A DNA stretch of 64,000 nt, taken from positions 556 through 64,555 of the forward strand of contig JAJEIY010000046.1 of the NCBI GenBank assembly GCA_022828085.1, read 5' to 3'. The DNA is from Acidobacteriota bacterium. GTDB taxonomy: Bacteria > Acidobacteriota > Vicinamibacteria > Marinacidobacterales > Marinacidobacteraceae. Position 1 is the stretch's first letter. Every line of letters begins with the position of its first letter. The translations under genes were made by a program, and so were the position numbers. Below are positions 1 to 8,652 of this stretch, piece after piece. The notes below the pieces were generated by a model, which worked only from the letters and a program-made list of their open reading frames with translations, had not been told where the DNA came from and did not search any database.

Positions 1-1422
1 CACGTTCGAGGTCTGCGAGAGCCAGAAGAGGATGAGGTGGGCCGTCAGCAGCGGGACTCCGAGCCCGGTGAGCGCGGGCGCGGCGACCACCGCCACCACG
101 ATGTAGGCGGCGGTCACCGGAAGGCCCATTCCGAGCACCAGCGCGACCAGCGCGGACAACCCCAGGGCAGGGAGGAGGGCCCCCTGCGAAGCGCTGAGGA
201 GGAGTTCCGCGAACTGGAGCCCCACGCCCGTCTGTCCGATCACCCCGACGACGATCCCCGCCGCCGCGCAGGCGAGCGACACCGGCACCGCGGTCACGGC
301 GCCCTGCGCCAACCCGTGGAGCAGTTGCCGGAGCCCCACCCGCGTGCGGCGCCGGAGGGCGCCGGTCACGACGACGGCGAAGCACCCCGCGGCGCCCACC
401 AGCGGGGGCGAGTAGTTCATGAGGAGCAGCGCCACGACGACCGCGACGGCGGCCAGGAAGTGCGCCCCCTCGGCGAGCGTGGCGAGGATGCGCGGCCGCG
501 AGGGCATGGCCTCGATCCCGCGCCGGACCGCGAGCCCGTGGACGAAGAAGAGTGTTCCCGCGAAGAACAGGACCGCGGGGAGGAGCGAAACGAGGACGAT
601 CCGCGGATAGGGGGTGTTCGTGAGTTCCGCCATCAGGAACGCGCCCGCTCCCATGATCGGCGGCATCAACTGGCCTCCCGTGGAGGCGGCGGCTTCGATG
701 CCGCCGGCTTCCTCGCGCGAGAAGCCGAGCCGCTTCATCATCGGGATGGTGAGCGCCCCGGTCGTCACGGTGTTGGCGATCGCGGAGCCGGAAACCGAAC
801 CGAGCGCCGCCGAGGCCACCACCGCCGCCTTCGCCGGACCGCCCCGCGCCCGGCCGGCGGCGGCGAAGGCCAGGTTGATGAAGAACCGGCCGCCTCCCGT
901 GCACTCGAGCAGGGCTCCGAAGAGCACGAAGACGAACACCGTGCTGCTCGCCACGCCGATCGGGAGACCGAAGAGTCCCGCCCCGGTGAAGACCTCGAAA
1001 CGGACGATCCGCTCGAGTTCGAACCCGCGGTGCGCCAGGATGCCGGGGAGCGAGGCGCCGAAGGCGTTGTAGGCGAGGAACACGACGACCACCGAGGTCA
1101 TCACCGCGCCCACCCGCCGGCGGGTGGCTTCGAGCAGCAGTGCGATCAGGGCGGCGCCGGCGGCCAGGTCGGCGGCGTCCAGGCCGTAGAGGATGTGGTC
1201 GATCCCCTGCCGGTCGAAACGGATGACCATGACCCCGGCGGCCACCGAGAGCCCGGCCAGCAGAAGATCGGCGGCGCGCGCCCGGCGGGGACGGGCGACG
1301 GCGCTGGCCAGAAAACCGAGGGCGAGGATCCAGGTCAGGTGGATCGGCCGCATCCAGGTGGCCCCGAGGGTGCCGAAGACGGCCTGCCAGAGCTGAAAGA
1401 GGGAGAGGGCGGCTCCGGTCAA
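1..1422 (-). CDS. TRAP transporter fused large permease (TAXI-associated, DctM-like); C-terminal end runs off window, start approximate (TTG near 1422)
   Basis: Reverse-strand translation of 1-1420 is an uninterrupted multi-TM protein (..LGMGLPVTAAYIVVAVVAAPALTGLGVPLLTAHLILFWLSQT..) typical of TRAP large permeases. It lies directly downstream of the TAXI receptor gene. It is absent from the ORF track because it is truncated by the window edge. Confidence 0.6.
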   Translation of the reverse strand, partial: MTGAALSLFQLWQAVFGTLGATWMRPIHLTWILALGFLASAVARPRRARAADLLLAGLSVAAGVMVIRFDRQGIDHILYGLDAADLAAGAALIALLLEATRRRVGAVMTSVVVVFLAYNAFGASLPGILAHRGFELERIVRFEVFTGAGLFGLPIGVASSTVFVFVLFGALLECTGGGRFFINLAFAAAGRARGGPAKAAVVASAALGSVSGSAIANTVTTGALTIPMMKRLGFSREEAGGIEAAASTGGQLMPPIMGAGAFLMAELTNTPYPRIVLVSLLPAVLFFAGTLFFVHGLAVRRGIEAMPSRPRILATLAEGAHFLAAVAVVVALLLMNYSPPLVGAAGCFAVVVTGALRRRTRVGLRQLLHGLAQGAVTAVPVSLACAAAGIVVGVIGQTGVGLQFAELLLSASQGALLPALGLSALVALVLGMGLPVTAAYIVVAVVAAPALTGLGVPLLTAHLILFWLSQTSNV

Positions 1423-1496
1423 GAGCACCGGAAGCGCCAGCGCGGGCCGGGGTTCTTCCGGGAGCGCAACGGTCCCGGCGGAACCTCCGGGGCTCT

Positions 1497-2480
1497 TCAG
1501 GGGAGACTCCCCGGCGTTCCGCCACCCGGCGCCCGCGCTTCCTCGTAGAAGGCTCGCGCTCCCGGATGGAGCGGGAGGCTCCCGACGTCCCCGAGACTCT
1601 CGACCTGGATGAAGTCCGCGTTCCGGGTCACCGAACGGAACTCGTCGCGGCCCGCGAGGAGCGATGCGGTCAGCCGTTTCGCGAGATCCGCGGGCAGATC
1701 GCGATGCACGAAGAGGATGTTCCAGAGCGAGGGGGCCAGCGTCGGAACGTCCACGCCCCGGTAGACCCCGGGCGGGACCTCGATTCCCTGGTACGCGGCG
1801 TTGGCGCTCTCGACGGCGGCGATCTCCTCCGGGGTGAACGGCACCAGCACCAGGTCGCGGGTGAGCCCCAGTTCCACCACCGACGAGACCCCCAGGCCCG
1901 CCGCCAGGAACACCGCGTCCACGGTCCCGTCCTTGAGGCCGTTGATGCTCTGGTTGTAGTTCATCTGGCGCACCCGGAACTCGTCTTCGGCGATCCCCAC
2001 CGCGCGCAGCACGTTGCGGGCGGTCACCTCGTTCCCGGATCCGGGCGGCCCGAGCGACACCCGCTTCCCCCGCAGGTCGGGCACCGAATGGACGTCCCGG
2101 CCCTCGACGCTCAACAGGTGGACGATGTTCGGATAGATGCGGCCCAGGACCGCCAGCGGGAGCGGTTCCGGGAAGCGTCCCGTTCCCCGGAACGCGTCGG
2201 CGACCGCGTCGGACTGGCCGAAGCCGATGTCGCTTTCGCCGTTGGCTACCTGAATCAGGTTCGTCACCGAGCCGGCGCTGACCTCCGCCTTGACCACGAG
2301 GCCGGGGAGGTCGCGCGTCCAGCGGCTGGCCAGGGCGCCCCCGAGCGGGTAGTAGACGCCGGCGGTGGTCCCGGTCGCGAGCGCCAGGGGACGCGAACGC
2401 TCCCCGTCACAGCCCGCGAGGAGGACCACTCCCGCCGCGAAGGCGACGAGCGCCAGCGAACGGCGCCAGCTGGGGAACAC
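1497..2480 (-). CDS. TRAP transporter solute receptor, TAXI family
   Basis: 327-aa ORF with N-terminal lipoprotein-like signal (LLAGCDG) and a TAXI-like TGTTAGVYYPLGGALA motif, followed by the permease gene. Confidence 0.8.
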   Translation of the reverse strand: MFPSWRRSLALVAFAAGVVLLAGCDGERSRPLALATGTTAGVYYPLGGALASRWTRDLPGLVVKAEVSAGSVTNLIQVANGESDIGFGQSDAVADAFRGTGRFPEPLPLAVLGRIYPNIVHLLSVEGRDVHSVPDLRGKRVSLGPPGSGNEVTARNVLRAVGIAEDEFRVRQMNYNQSINGLKDGTVDAVFLAAGLGVSSVVELGLTRDLVLVPFTPEEIAAVESANAAYQGIEVPPGVYRGVDVPTLAPSLWNILFVHRDLPADLAKRLTASLLAGRDEFRSVTRNADFIQVESLGDVGSLPLHPGARAFYEEARAPGGGTPGSLP

Positions 2481-2530
2481 GGTGAACGAAGTCTATGGTC
2501 GGGATGCGGAGTCCGGACGCGGGCCTGCGC

Positions 2531-5170
2531 TCAGGACTCCCCGGAGGCCTCGCCCGGCTCGTCCTCGCCAACGCTCGCCGCCGGATCCAGCTGGCGCCGG
2601 AGCCGGTAGAGGAGATCGAGCGCCTCGCGGGGGGTGAGACTGTCCGGATCGCAGCTTCGAAGGGCTTCGGCCACCTGACTGTCGGCAGGTTCGAGCAGGG
2701 AGTACGGCCCGCCCGGTTCGGGCGCGGGCAGCCGCGCCCCCCGTCCGTCGAGCCCCCCGGTGAGGCCCTCGAGAACCTCGTGCGCCCGCTGGACCACCGA
2801 GCGCGGAACCCCGGCGAGGCGCGCCACCTGGATGCCGTAGCTGCGGTTCGTTCCGCCGGGCGCCACCCGGTGCAGGAAAACGATCTCGCTGCGATGTTCC
2901 CGCGCCTCGACGTGGAAGTTGACGACCCCGTCCTCGGCGCTCGCCAGTGCGGTCAGCTCGTGGTAGTGGGTCGCAAAGAGCGTCTTCATCCGCAGCCCGG
3001 CGTCGCGGGCGATGTGCTCGACGATGGCCCAGGCCAGCGAGAGGCCGTCGTAGGTCGCGGTGCCGCGGCCCACTTCGTCGAGCAGCACGAGGCTGCGGCT
3101 CGTGGCGTGGTGGAGGATGTGGGCCGTTTCCTCCATTTCCATGAGGAACGTGGACCGGCCGCGCGAGAGATCGTCGGATGCCCCGACGCGGGCGAACACC
3201 CGGTCCACCACGGGAAGGCGGGCAGAGTCCGCGGGAACGAACGAGCCCATCTGCGCCATCACCGCGTGGAGCGCCGTCTGACGCAGGAAGGTGGACTTCC
3301 CTCCCATGTTGGGCCCGGTCAGGATCATCAGGAACCGGTCCTCCCCGAGGTCGAGGTCGTTGGGGACGAACTCTTCGGCGGACAAGGCTTCGACGACCGG
3401 GTGTCTGCCGCCGCGCACCTCGATCTCGAACCCCTCGTGCACCTCGGGCTTCACGTAGCGATGGGTGACGGCGGTCTGCGCGAGACCCGCGGCGACATCG
3501 GCTTCCGCGAGGGCGCCCGCCGTGTCCAGGATTTCGCGGGCGGCGTCCCCGACCTCGTCCTCGAGGGCGCGGAAGAGCGATGCTTCGAGTTCGGCGATCT
3601 TCTCGTCGGCCTGCGCCACCCGCACTTCGAACTCCTTCAACTCCTCCGTGACGTAGCGTTCCGCGCCCACCAGCGTCTGCCGGCGCACGTAGTCGGCCGG
3701 GACCCGGCCGGCCTGCGCCTTGGGGACTTCGATCGTGTAGCCGAAGACCTGGTTGTGCCTGATTCGGAGGGAGGTGATCCCGGTACGCTGCTTCTCGCTG
3801 GTCTCCATGTTGCGGATGCACTCGCGGCCGTGGAACCGGAGCTGCCGCAGTTCGTCGAGTTCCGGAGAAAACCGCTCCCGGATCACGCCGCCGTCGCGCG
3901 CGAGGACCGGGGCTTCCGGTGAAACCGTCTCCTGGATCCGTTCGAGCAGAGCGGGCAGCTCGCGGATCCGGGCGCCGATATCGCGGACCGTCGGCGCCTC
4001 GGCGGCCTGGAGCGAGGTCCGCATCGCGCCAGCGGTCCGGAGCCCGTCGGCGATCCGGAGGTACTCCCGAGGGCCGGCGATCCGGAGCGCCACGCGGGAG
4101 GCGAGCCGCTCGAGGTCGGGGGCGCCCGCGAGTCCTCCGGCGACGTCCTGCCGCAGACTCCGGTCACGGGTAAACGCCTCCACCGCGAGGTGGCGTTCGC
4201 GGATGCGGTCCGGGTCGAGCAGCGGGTGGGCGAGGCGCCGCCGCAGCAGGCGCGCGCCCATCGCGGTGGCGGTACGATCGAGAGTCTCGACGAGGGTGGC
4301 GCCGGGCGGAGCCCCCGACTCGGCCGACAGCGGCCGGAAGAGTTCCAGGTTCCGCTGGGTCAGGTGGTCGATCTGCATGCGCCCGGAGGTGTCGAGACGC
4401 TTGAGGCTGCCGATGTGGTGAAGCTGACCGCGCTGCGTCTCGGCCAGATAGCTGATCGCGGCCCCCGCCGCGCAGACGGCCGCCGGCATCTCCTCGATAC
4501 CGAACGATTCGAGCGAGAGCGTCCCGAAGTGGCGTCGCAGCGTGTTGCGGGCGTGCTCGAACTCGAACCAGAGGTCGGACCGGGCGGTGAGCAGGGGAAG
4601 GTCTCCCAGAACCGGAAGGAGGTCCCGGGGCGGGTCGCTCTCCGCGACCAGCAGTTCGCGGGGGCGAAAGCCCGCCATCGCTTCGGCGCACTCGCGCTGG
4701 CGGTCGCCTCCGGAGAACTCCGTGGCGGTGAACTCCCCGGTGGAAAGATCGACCCAGGCCGCCCCCAGGCGGGGGCTGCCGCGGGATCCGGACTCGGCCA
4801 CCACCATCAGGTAGGCAGCTTCCGATCCCGCCAGATACGCCGGGTCGAGATAGGTCGAAGGGGTGGCGACGCGCACGATCTCCCGCCGGACGGGGCCCTT
4901 GGAGAGGCCGGGTGGTTCCACCTGTTCGCAGACGGCCACCCGGACGCCGGCCCGGACGAGGCGGGTGATGTATCCCTCGGCGGCGTGGTACGGAACCCCC
5001 GCCATGGGGATCGCCTTCCCCTCGGCGTCGTTCTGCCGGGACGTGACCGCGATCCCGAGGAGTTCGCCCGCCTGCCGGGCGTCCTCGAAGAACACCTCGT
5101 AGAAGTCGCCCATCCGGAAGAACAGCATCGCGTCTCCGGCTTCCCGCTTGAGGTCGCGGTACTGCCGCAT
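2531..5170 (-). CDS. mutS: DNA mismatch repair protein MutS
   Basis: N-terminus MRQYRDLKREAGDAMLFFRMGDFYEVFFEDA (mismatch-binding domain) and a Walker A GPNMGGKSTFLRQ. The tool ORF extends to 5686, but the conserved MutS start is the internal ATG at 5170. Confidence 0.85.
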   Translation of the reverse strand: MRQYRDLKREAGDAMLFFRMGDFYEVFFEDARQAGELLGIAVTSRQNDAEGKAIPMAGVPYHAAEGYITRLVRAGVRVAVCEQVEPPGLSKGPVRREIVRVATPSTYLDPAYLAGSEAAYLMVVAESGSRGSPRLGAAWVDLSTGEFTATEFSGGDRQRECAEAMAGFRPRELLVAESDPPRDLLPVLGDLPLLTARSDLWFEFEHARNTLRRHFGTLSLESFGIEEMPAAVCAAGAAISYLAETQRGQLHHIGSLKRLDTSGRMQIDHLTQRNLELFRPLSAESGAPPGATLVETLDRTATAMGARLLRRRLAHPLLDPDRIRERHLAVEAFTRDRSLRQDVAGGLAGAPDLERLASRVALRIAGPREYLRIADGLRTAGAMRTSLQAAEAPTVRDIGARIRELPALLERIQETVSPEAPVLARDGGVIRERFSPELDELRQLRFHGRECIRNMETSEKQRTGITSLRIRHNQVFGYTIEVPKAQAGRVPADYVRRQTLVGAERYVTEELKEFEVRVAQADEKIAELEASLFRALEDEVGDAAREILDTAGALAEADVAAGLAQTAVTHRYVKPEVHEGFEIEVRGGRHPVVEALSAEEFVPNDLDLGEDRFLMILTGPNMGGKSTFLRQTALHAVMAQMGSFVPADSARLPVVDRVFARVGASDDLSRGRSTFLMEMEETAHILHHATSRSLVLLDEVGRGTATYDGLSLAWAIVEHIARDAGLRMKTLFATHYHELTALASAEDGVVNFHVEAREHRSEIVFLHRVAPGGTNRSYGIQVARLAGVPRSVVQRAHEVLEGLTGGLDGRGARLPAPEPGGPYSLLEPADSQVAEALRSCDPDSLTPREALDLLYRLRRQLDPAASVGEDEPGEASGES

Positions 5171-5417
5171 CACGGGCGAGACGCCACGCGTCTTCGGCTT
5201 CGGGCGCCGCGCCGGGGCACCGGGATCGGCCGGCGGCGGCTGAACTTCCGGGAAGAGCCGCGGGGCCGTGGTCACGCCGCGATTGTGCCTTGGAGTCGGC
5301 CCTTCCGGAAAGGGGCAAGGAGCAGGGCGCCGGTTTCGCGCTCCCGGGCGATGCCGGCCGGAGGCGGGCGCTCCGCATAGGATTTCGGGCGCATTGCGAC
5401 AGTCGGACCCCGAGCCC

Positions 5418-6131
5418 GTGGCGGCCGCACCGATCTCCGGACCGGTGCTGGCCATCGATACGACGGGCACGCTGGGGAGCGTCGCCCTGGGTTTCGCCGG
5501 CCCGGAGGGCGCCCTGACCGGGGACGTCGTCGAGGGTTTCGAACCCTCGAACCTCCACTCACGGAATCTCCTGCCCGCGATCCGGCGCGTCATGGCGCAG
5601 GCAGGGCTCGAGACCTCGGACCTCGCCCTGCTGGTCGCGACCCGGGGGCCGGGTTCGTTTACCGGGCTCCGGATCGGTCTCGCCACCGCACAGGGGTTCG
5701 CGCTGGCGGCCGGAGTCCGGGCCGCCGGCGTTTCGAGCCTCGATGCGGCGGCCCTCGCGGATGCGGCCGCGAGCGGTTCCGGGCTGCGCCGCCTGGTTGT
5801 CGTGGACGCGCTCCGAGGTGAACTCTTCGCCGCCCTCTACGACGGAGCCGGTCCGGAGGCGCTCGTCCAGGGACCTTGCCGCCTGCTCCCGCAGGACGCT
5901 GCGGGGTGGGCCGGTCAGCACGGCGCCGCCCGGATCTGCGGACCCGCGGTGTTGCGTTATCGCGACGCGATCGGCCGGGGGCGCCCGGAGATCGAGATCG
6001 TGGAAGCCCGGCGGGCGCTGGCGCCCGCGGCTCTCCGTCTGGGAGTACAGGCGGCGCGGCGGCGGAAAACCACGCTGGAGCCGCTCTATCTGCGGGAGCC
6101 GGATATCCACGGTCGTTCCGTTACGCTATAG
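5418..6131 (+). CDS. tsaB: tRNA threonylcarbamoyladenosine biosynthesis protein TsaB (YeaZ)
   Basis: LAIDTTGTLGSVAL and SFTGLRIGLATAQGFA motifs. Likely GTG start at 5418, so the 5268 ATG gives an implausible extension. Confidence 0.7.
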   Translation: MAAAPISGPVLAIDTTGTLGSVALGFAGPEGALTGDVVEGFEPSNLHSRNLLPAIRRVMAQAGLETSDLALLVATRGPGSFTGLRIGLATAQGFALAAGVRAAGVSSLDAAALADAAASGSGLRRLVVVDALRGELFAALYDGAGPEALVQGPCRLLPQDAAGWAGQHGAARICGPAVLRYRDAIGRGRPEIEIVEARRALAPAALRLGVQAARRRKTTLEPLYLREPDIHGRSVTL

Positions 6132-6353
6132 ATAGAAACAACCTGTGGACAGAGTCACGCGGCCCTCATCGTTGCGTTTCGGTGGGAACGCAGTCCGGCC
6201 GGATTGGCCAGCCGGGGCTCGTTCCCCGAGTCCCACCCGCGCCGGGGAAACCGGCGTTCGCGGTGCTCGCGTCGCTTTCTCCACGGGCGACTGGGCGACG
6301 TTTGTCCGAAGCGGTTCCGGACCCACCGTCCGGATGGCTTTCTGGAGGCCTTC

Positions 6354-6599
6354 ATGAAACACGAAGATCAGATCGAGACGGAACCCCGCGCGTCGGGCGC
6401 CCCGGAACCGGCAGCCCCGGCTGCGGCGGCGCCCGATCTTGAGGAATTGGTCCGGCGGCACCGGGAACTCGACGAAAAGCTCGAGGAACTCACCAAGCAC
6501 GGCCATCTCTCACCCCTCCAGCAGCACGAAGCCGCGGTCATGAAGAAGCGCAAACTGGCCCTCAAGGACCGGATCGCCGCGCTCGCGGCCTCGTCGTGA
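6354..6599 (+). CDS. DUF465 (YdcH-like) small protein
   Basis: MKHEDQIETE...RHRELDEKLEELTKHGHLSPLQQHEAAVMKKRKLALKDRIAAL resembles YdcH/DUF465. A GGAGG RBS lies 4 nt upstream of the ATG at 6354. Confidence 0.6.
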   Translation: MKHEDQIETEPRASGAPEPAAPAAAAPDLEELVRRHRELDEKLEELTKHGHLSPLQQHEAAVMKKRKLALKDRIAALAASS

Positions 6600-6661
6600 C
6601 GGTCTGGAACGACCGGCTCGCCTGACCTGACGCACGACGCGGTCATCCGCCGCGCAGCCGA

Positions 6662-7303
6662 ATGAGACTGCCGATCGCCCCGGAAGGCCGGGTGTTCGTG
6701 GCGGTCCCGCTCGTCCTGGGGATTCTCGGGCTGGCCGCGGCCGGCGCCGGCGGTGAGGTCTTCGCCTGGATCGCCTGGCTGCTGCTCGCCGGCGCCGGGT
6801 TCTGCGCGTTCTTCTTCCGGGATCCGGAGAGGCGGTCGCCGGGCGATGCGGCGGCGCTCCTGGCTCCCGCCGACGGCCGGGTCACCGAGGCCGGACCGGC
6901 CGATGAAGGGGAGCCGGGCACCCAGCGGGTGAGCATTTTCCTCTCGATCTTCGACGTGCACATCAACCGGGCGCCGGCCGGGGGGGAAGTCCGGGCGGTG
7001 CGCTATCGTCAGGGAGCGTTCCGGGCGGCGTTCCGGAAAGACGCCGCCGAGCGGAACGAGCAGAGCGAGTTGGAGATGTCGACCGAGCGGGGCACGATCC
7101 GGATACGCCAGATCGCCGGAGCCGTCGCCCGGCGCATCGTCTGCCGGGTTCGAGCCGGGGACCGGCTCGCTTCGGGCGAGCGTTTCGGACTCATCCGTTT
7201 CGGGTCGAGGACCGATCTGCTCCTGCCGGCGGGCGTCACCCTTTCCGTACGTCGCGGAGATCGGGTGCGCGGCGGGCTGACCGTCATCGGGACCTGGGAA
7301 TGA
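6662..7303 (+). CDS. psd: phosphatidylserine decarboxylase proenzyme (short form)
   Basis: SIFLSIFDVHINRAPAGGEV, IRIRQIAGAVARRIV and GERFGLIRFGSRTDLLLP motifs. Overlaps pssA by 4 nt. Confidence 0.8.
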   Translation: MRLPIAPEGRVFVAVPLVLGILGLAAAGAGGEVFAWIAWLLLAGAGFCAFFFRDPERRSPGDAAALLAPADGRVTEAGPADEGEPGTQRVSIFLSIFDVHINRAPAGGEVRAVRYRQGAFRAAFRKDAAERNEQSELEMSTERGTIRIRQIAGAVARRIVCRVRAGDRLASGERFGLIRFGSRTDLLLPAGVTLSVRRGDRVRGGLTVIGTWE

Positions 7304-8115
7304 AACGCCAGCGACTCCGGACGCGCCGGGGAGTGTTCCTGCTTCCGGCCGTGTTCACCGTCGGCAACATCTTCCTGGGCTTCTTCTCCATCGTGCAGAG
7401 CTTCCGCGGGGAGTTCGGCAGTGCCGGACTCATCATCGGGTTCGCCATCCTCGCGGATGTGGTGGACGGCCGGGTGGCCCGGTTCGCCGGGGCCACCAGC
7501 GAGTTCGGCCGTGAGCTGGATTCGCTGGCGGACGTGGTTTCCTTCGGGGTTGCGCCCGCGGTGCTGGCGTACGCGTGGGTCCTGCATCGCTGGCCGCAGA
7601 CCGGATGGCTGGTGGCCGCACTGTTCACGATCTGCGCTGCCGTACGGCTCGCCCGGTTCAACGTGGGGCGGCTGAGCGCCGATCCCCGCTACTACACGGG
7701 GATGTCCTCGCCGGCCGCGGCGGCAGTGATCGGCGCGGTGGCCTACTGGCACCCGGCGCCGCCCGCGAGCTCACTGGCGGCGGCGGCCTGTCTCTTCGGG
7801 ACGCTCGGGCTCGCTCTGCTGATGAACAGTCCGGTGCGCTATCCGAGCTTCAAGAACCAGACCGGACGGAAACCCCAGTCCCACCGGATGCTCGTCGTGC
7901 TGGCGGTGTTCATCGTGGCCACGATTGCGGAACCGGTGGCGATGTTCCTCGTCCTCGCCTTCGGCTACGCGGCCTCGCCGCTGATCCGCGGGTTTCGCGG
8001 GTTGGGCGGGCGGTTCGTCCGTTCGTCCGCCGGCGGTTCCCGTGAACCCGACCAGGTCCTCGTGGGGCGCGCCGACTCCCGCGGGAGCGGCGATCGTCCG
8101 CCGGACCCTCGCTAG
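7300..8115 (+). CDS. pssA: CDP-diacylglycerol--serine O-phosphatidyltransferase
   Basis: CDP-alcohol phosphatidyltransferase motifs (DVVDGRVARF...GRELDSLADVVSFGVAP) in a multi-TM protein, coupled to psd. Confidence 0.8.
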   Translation: MKRQRLRTRRGVFLLPAVFTVGNIFLGFFSIVQSFRGEFGSAGLIIGFAILADVVDGRVARFAGATSEFGRELDSLADVVSFGVAPAVLAYAWVLHRWPQTGWLVAALFTICAAVRLARFNVGRLSADPRYYTGMSSPAAAAVIGAVAYWHPAPPASSLAAAACLFGTLGLALLMNSPVRYPSFKNQTGRKPQSHRMLVVLAVFIVATIAEPVAMFLVLAFGYAASPLIRGFRGLGGRFVRSSAGGSREPDQVLVGRADSRGSGDRPPDPR

Positions 8116-8157
8116 CCGGCCGGAAGGGCTCCGGACGTCCGCGGGCGCCGGCGCCGC

Positions 8158-8652
8158 TCACCGCGTCCACGCGGTGAACTCGCGAATCTGCCAGCGCGGG
8201 TGCGCACCGGGGGCCGGCCCGGCGGCGACCCGTTCAAGACCGATCCGAAAGGCTTCCACCACGTAGCGGTCGGTACCGGTGGCCATGCTGGTCCACTCGG
8301 GAACGAACAGAACGTAGCCGCCGTCCGCGGAGCGGCGAATGGAGGGCGGCCGCTCCTGGTAACCGATCGGCGTGCGGCTCCGGAAGAACCGTTCCAGCCC
8401 GCGCCGCAGCTCATCCCCGGAAGCACTGCGGCGGGTTTCCCCGCTGAGCGCCACGAGCGCCCAACCCGACGGATAGAGACCCTCTAGATGGCCGGCGTCG
8501 GCCTCGTCGAAGGCAAGCCGGAACCGCCCGAGAATCTCCTCGAGATCGTCCGGAGGGGGCTCAACCGGAGCACACATCGTGCACGCGACGATCGTTGCGG
8601 CGAGCAGCGGGACGATCCGGAGCGCGCGCGGCGATCCGTAGACGCCACTCAT
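8158..8652 (-). CDS. hypothetical secreted/lipoprotein (possible NTF2-like fold)
   Basis: Internal start MSGVYGSPRALRIVPLLAATIVACTMC gives a signal peptide. Overlaps the stop of the upstream histidine kinase by 4 nt (ATGA). The tool ORF start at 8892 lies inside the kinase gene. Confidence 0.45.
   Translation of the reverse strand: MSGVYGSPRALRIVPLLAATIVACTMCAPVEPPPDDLEEILGRFRLAFDEADAGHLEGLYPSGWALVALSGETRRSASGDELRRGLERFFRSRTPIGYQERPPSIRRSADGGYVLFVPEWTSMATGTDRYVVEAFRIGLERVAAGPAPGAHPRWQIREFTAWTR

Noticed and set aside
37-1548. 503-aa + strand ORF (Arg/Gly/His-rich, MGRQQRDSEPGERGRGDHRHH...)
   Set aside because: Antisense to the TRAP permease gene. Low-complexity composition typical of alternate-frame ORFs in 70% GC DNA. 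No homology features.
2495-5558. Long + and - alternate-frame ORFs (2495..3922 +, 2493..3821 -, 4164..5558 -, 4190..5380 +) and the 5171-5686 extension of the mutS ORF
   Set aside because: All overlap mutS in other frames or strands, or extend it upstream of the conserved MRQYRDLK start. Arg/Pro/Gly-rich junk composition.
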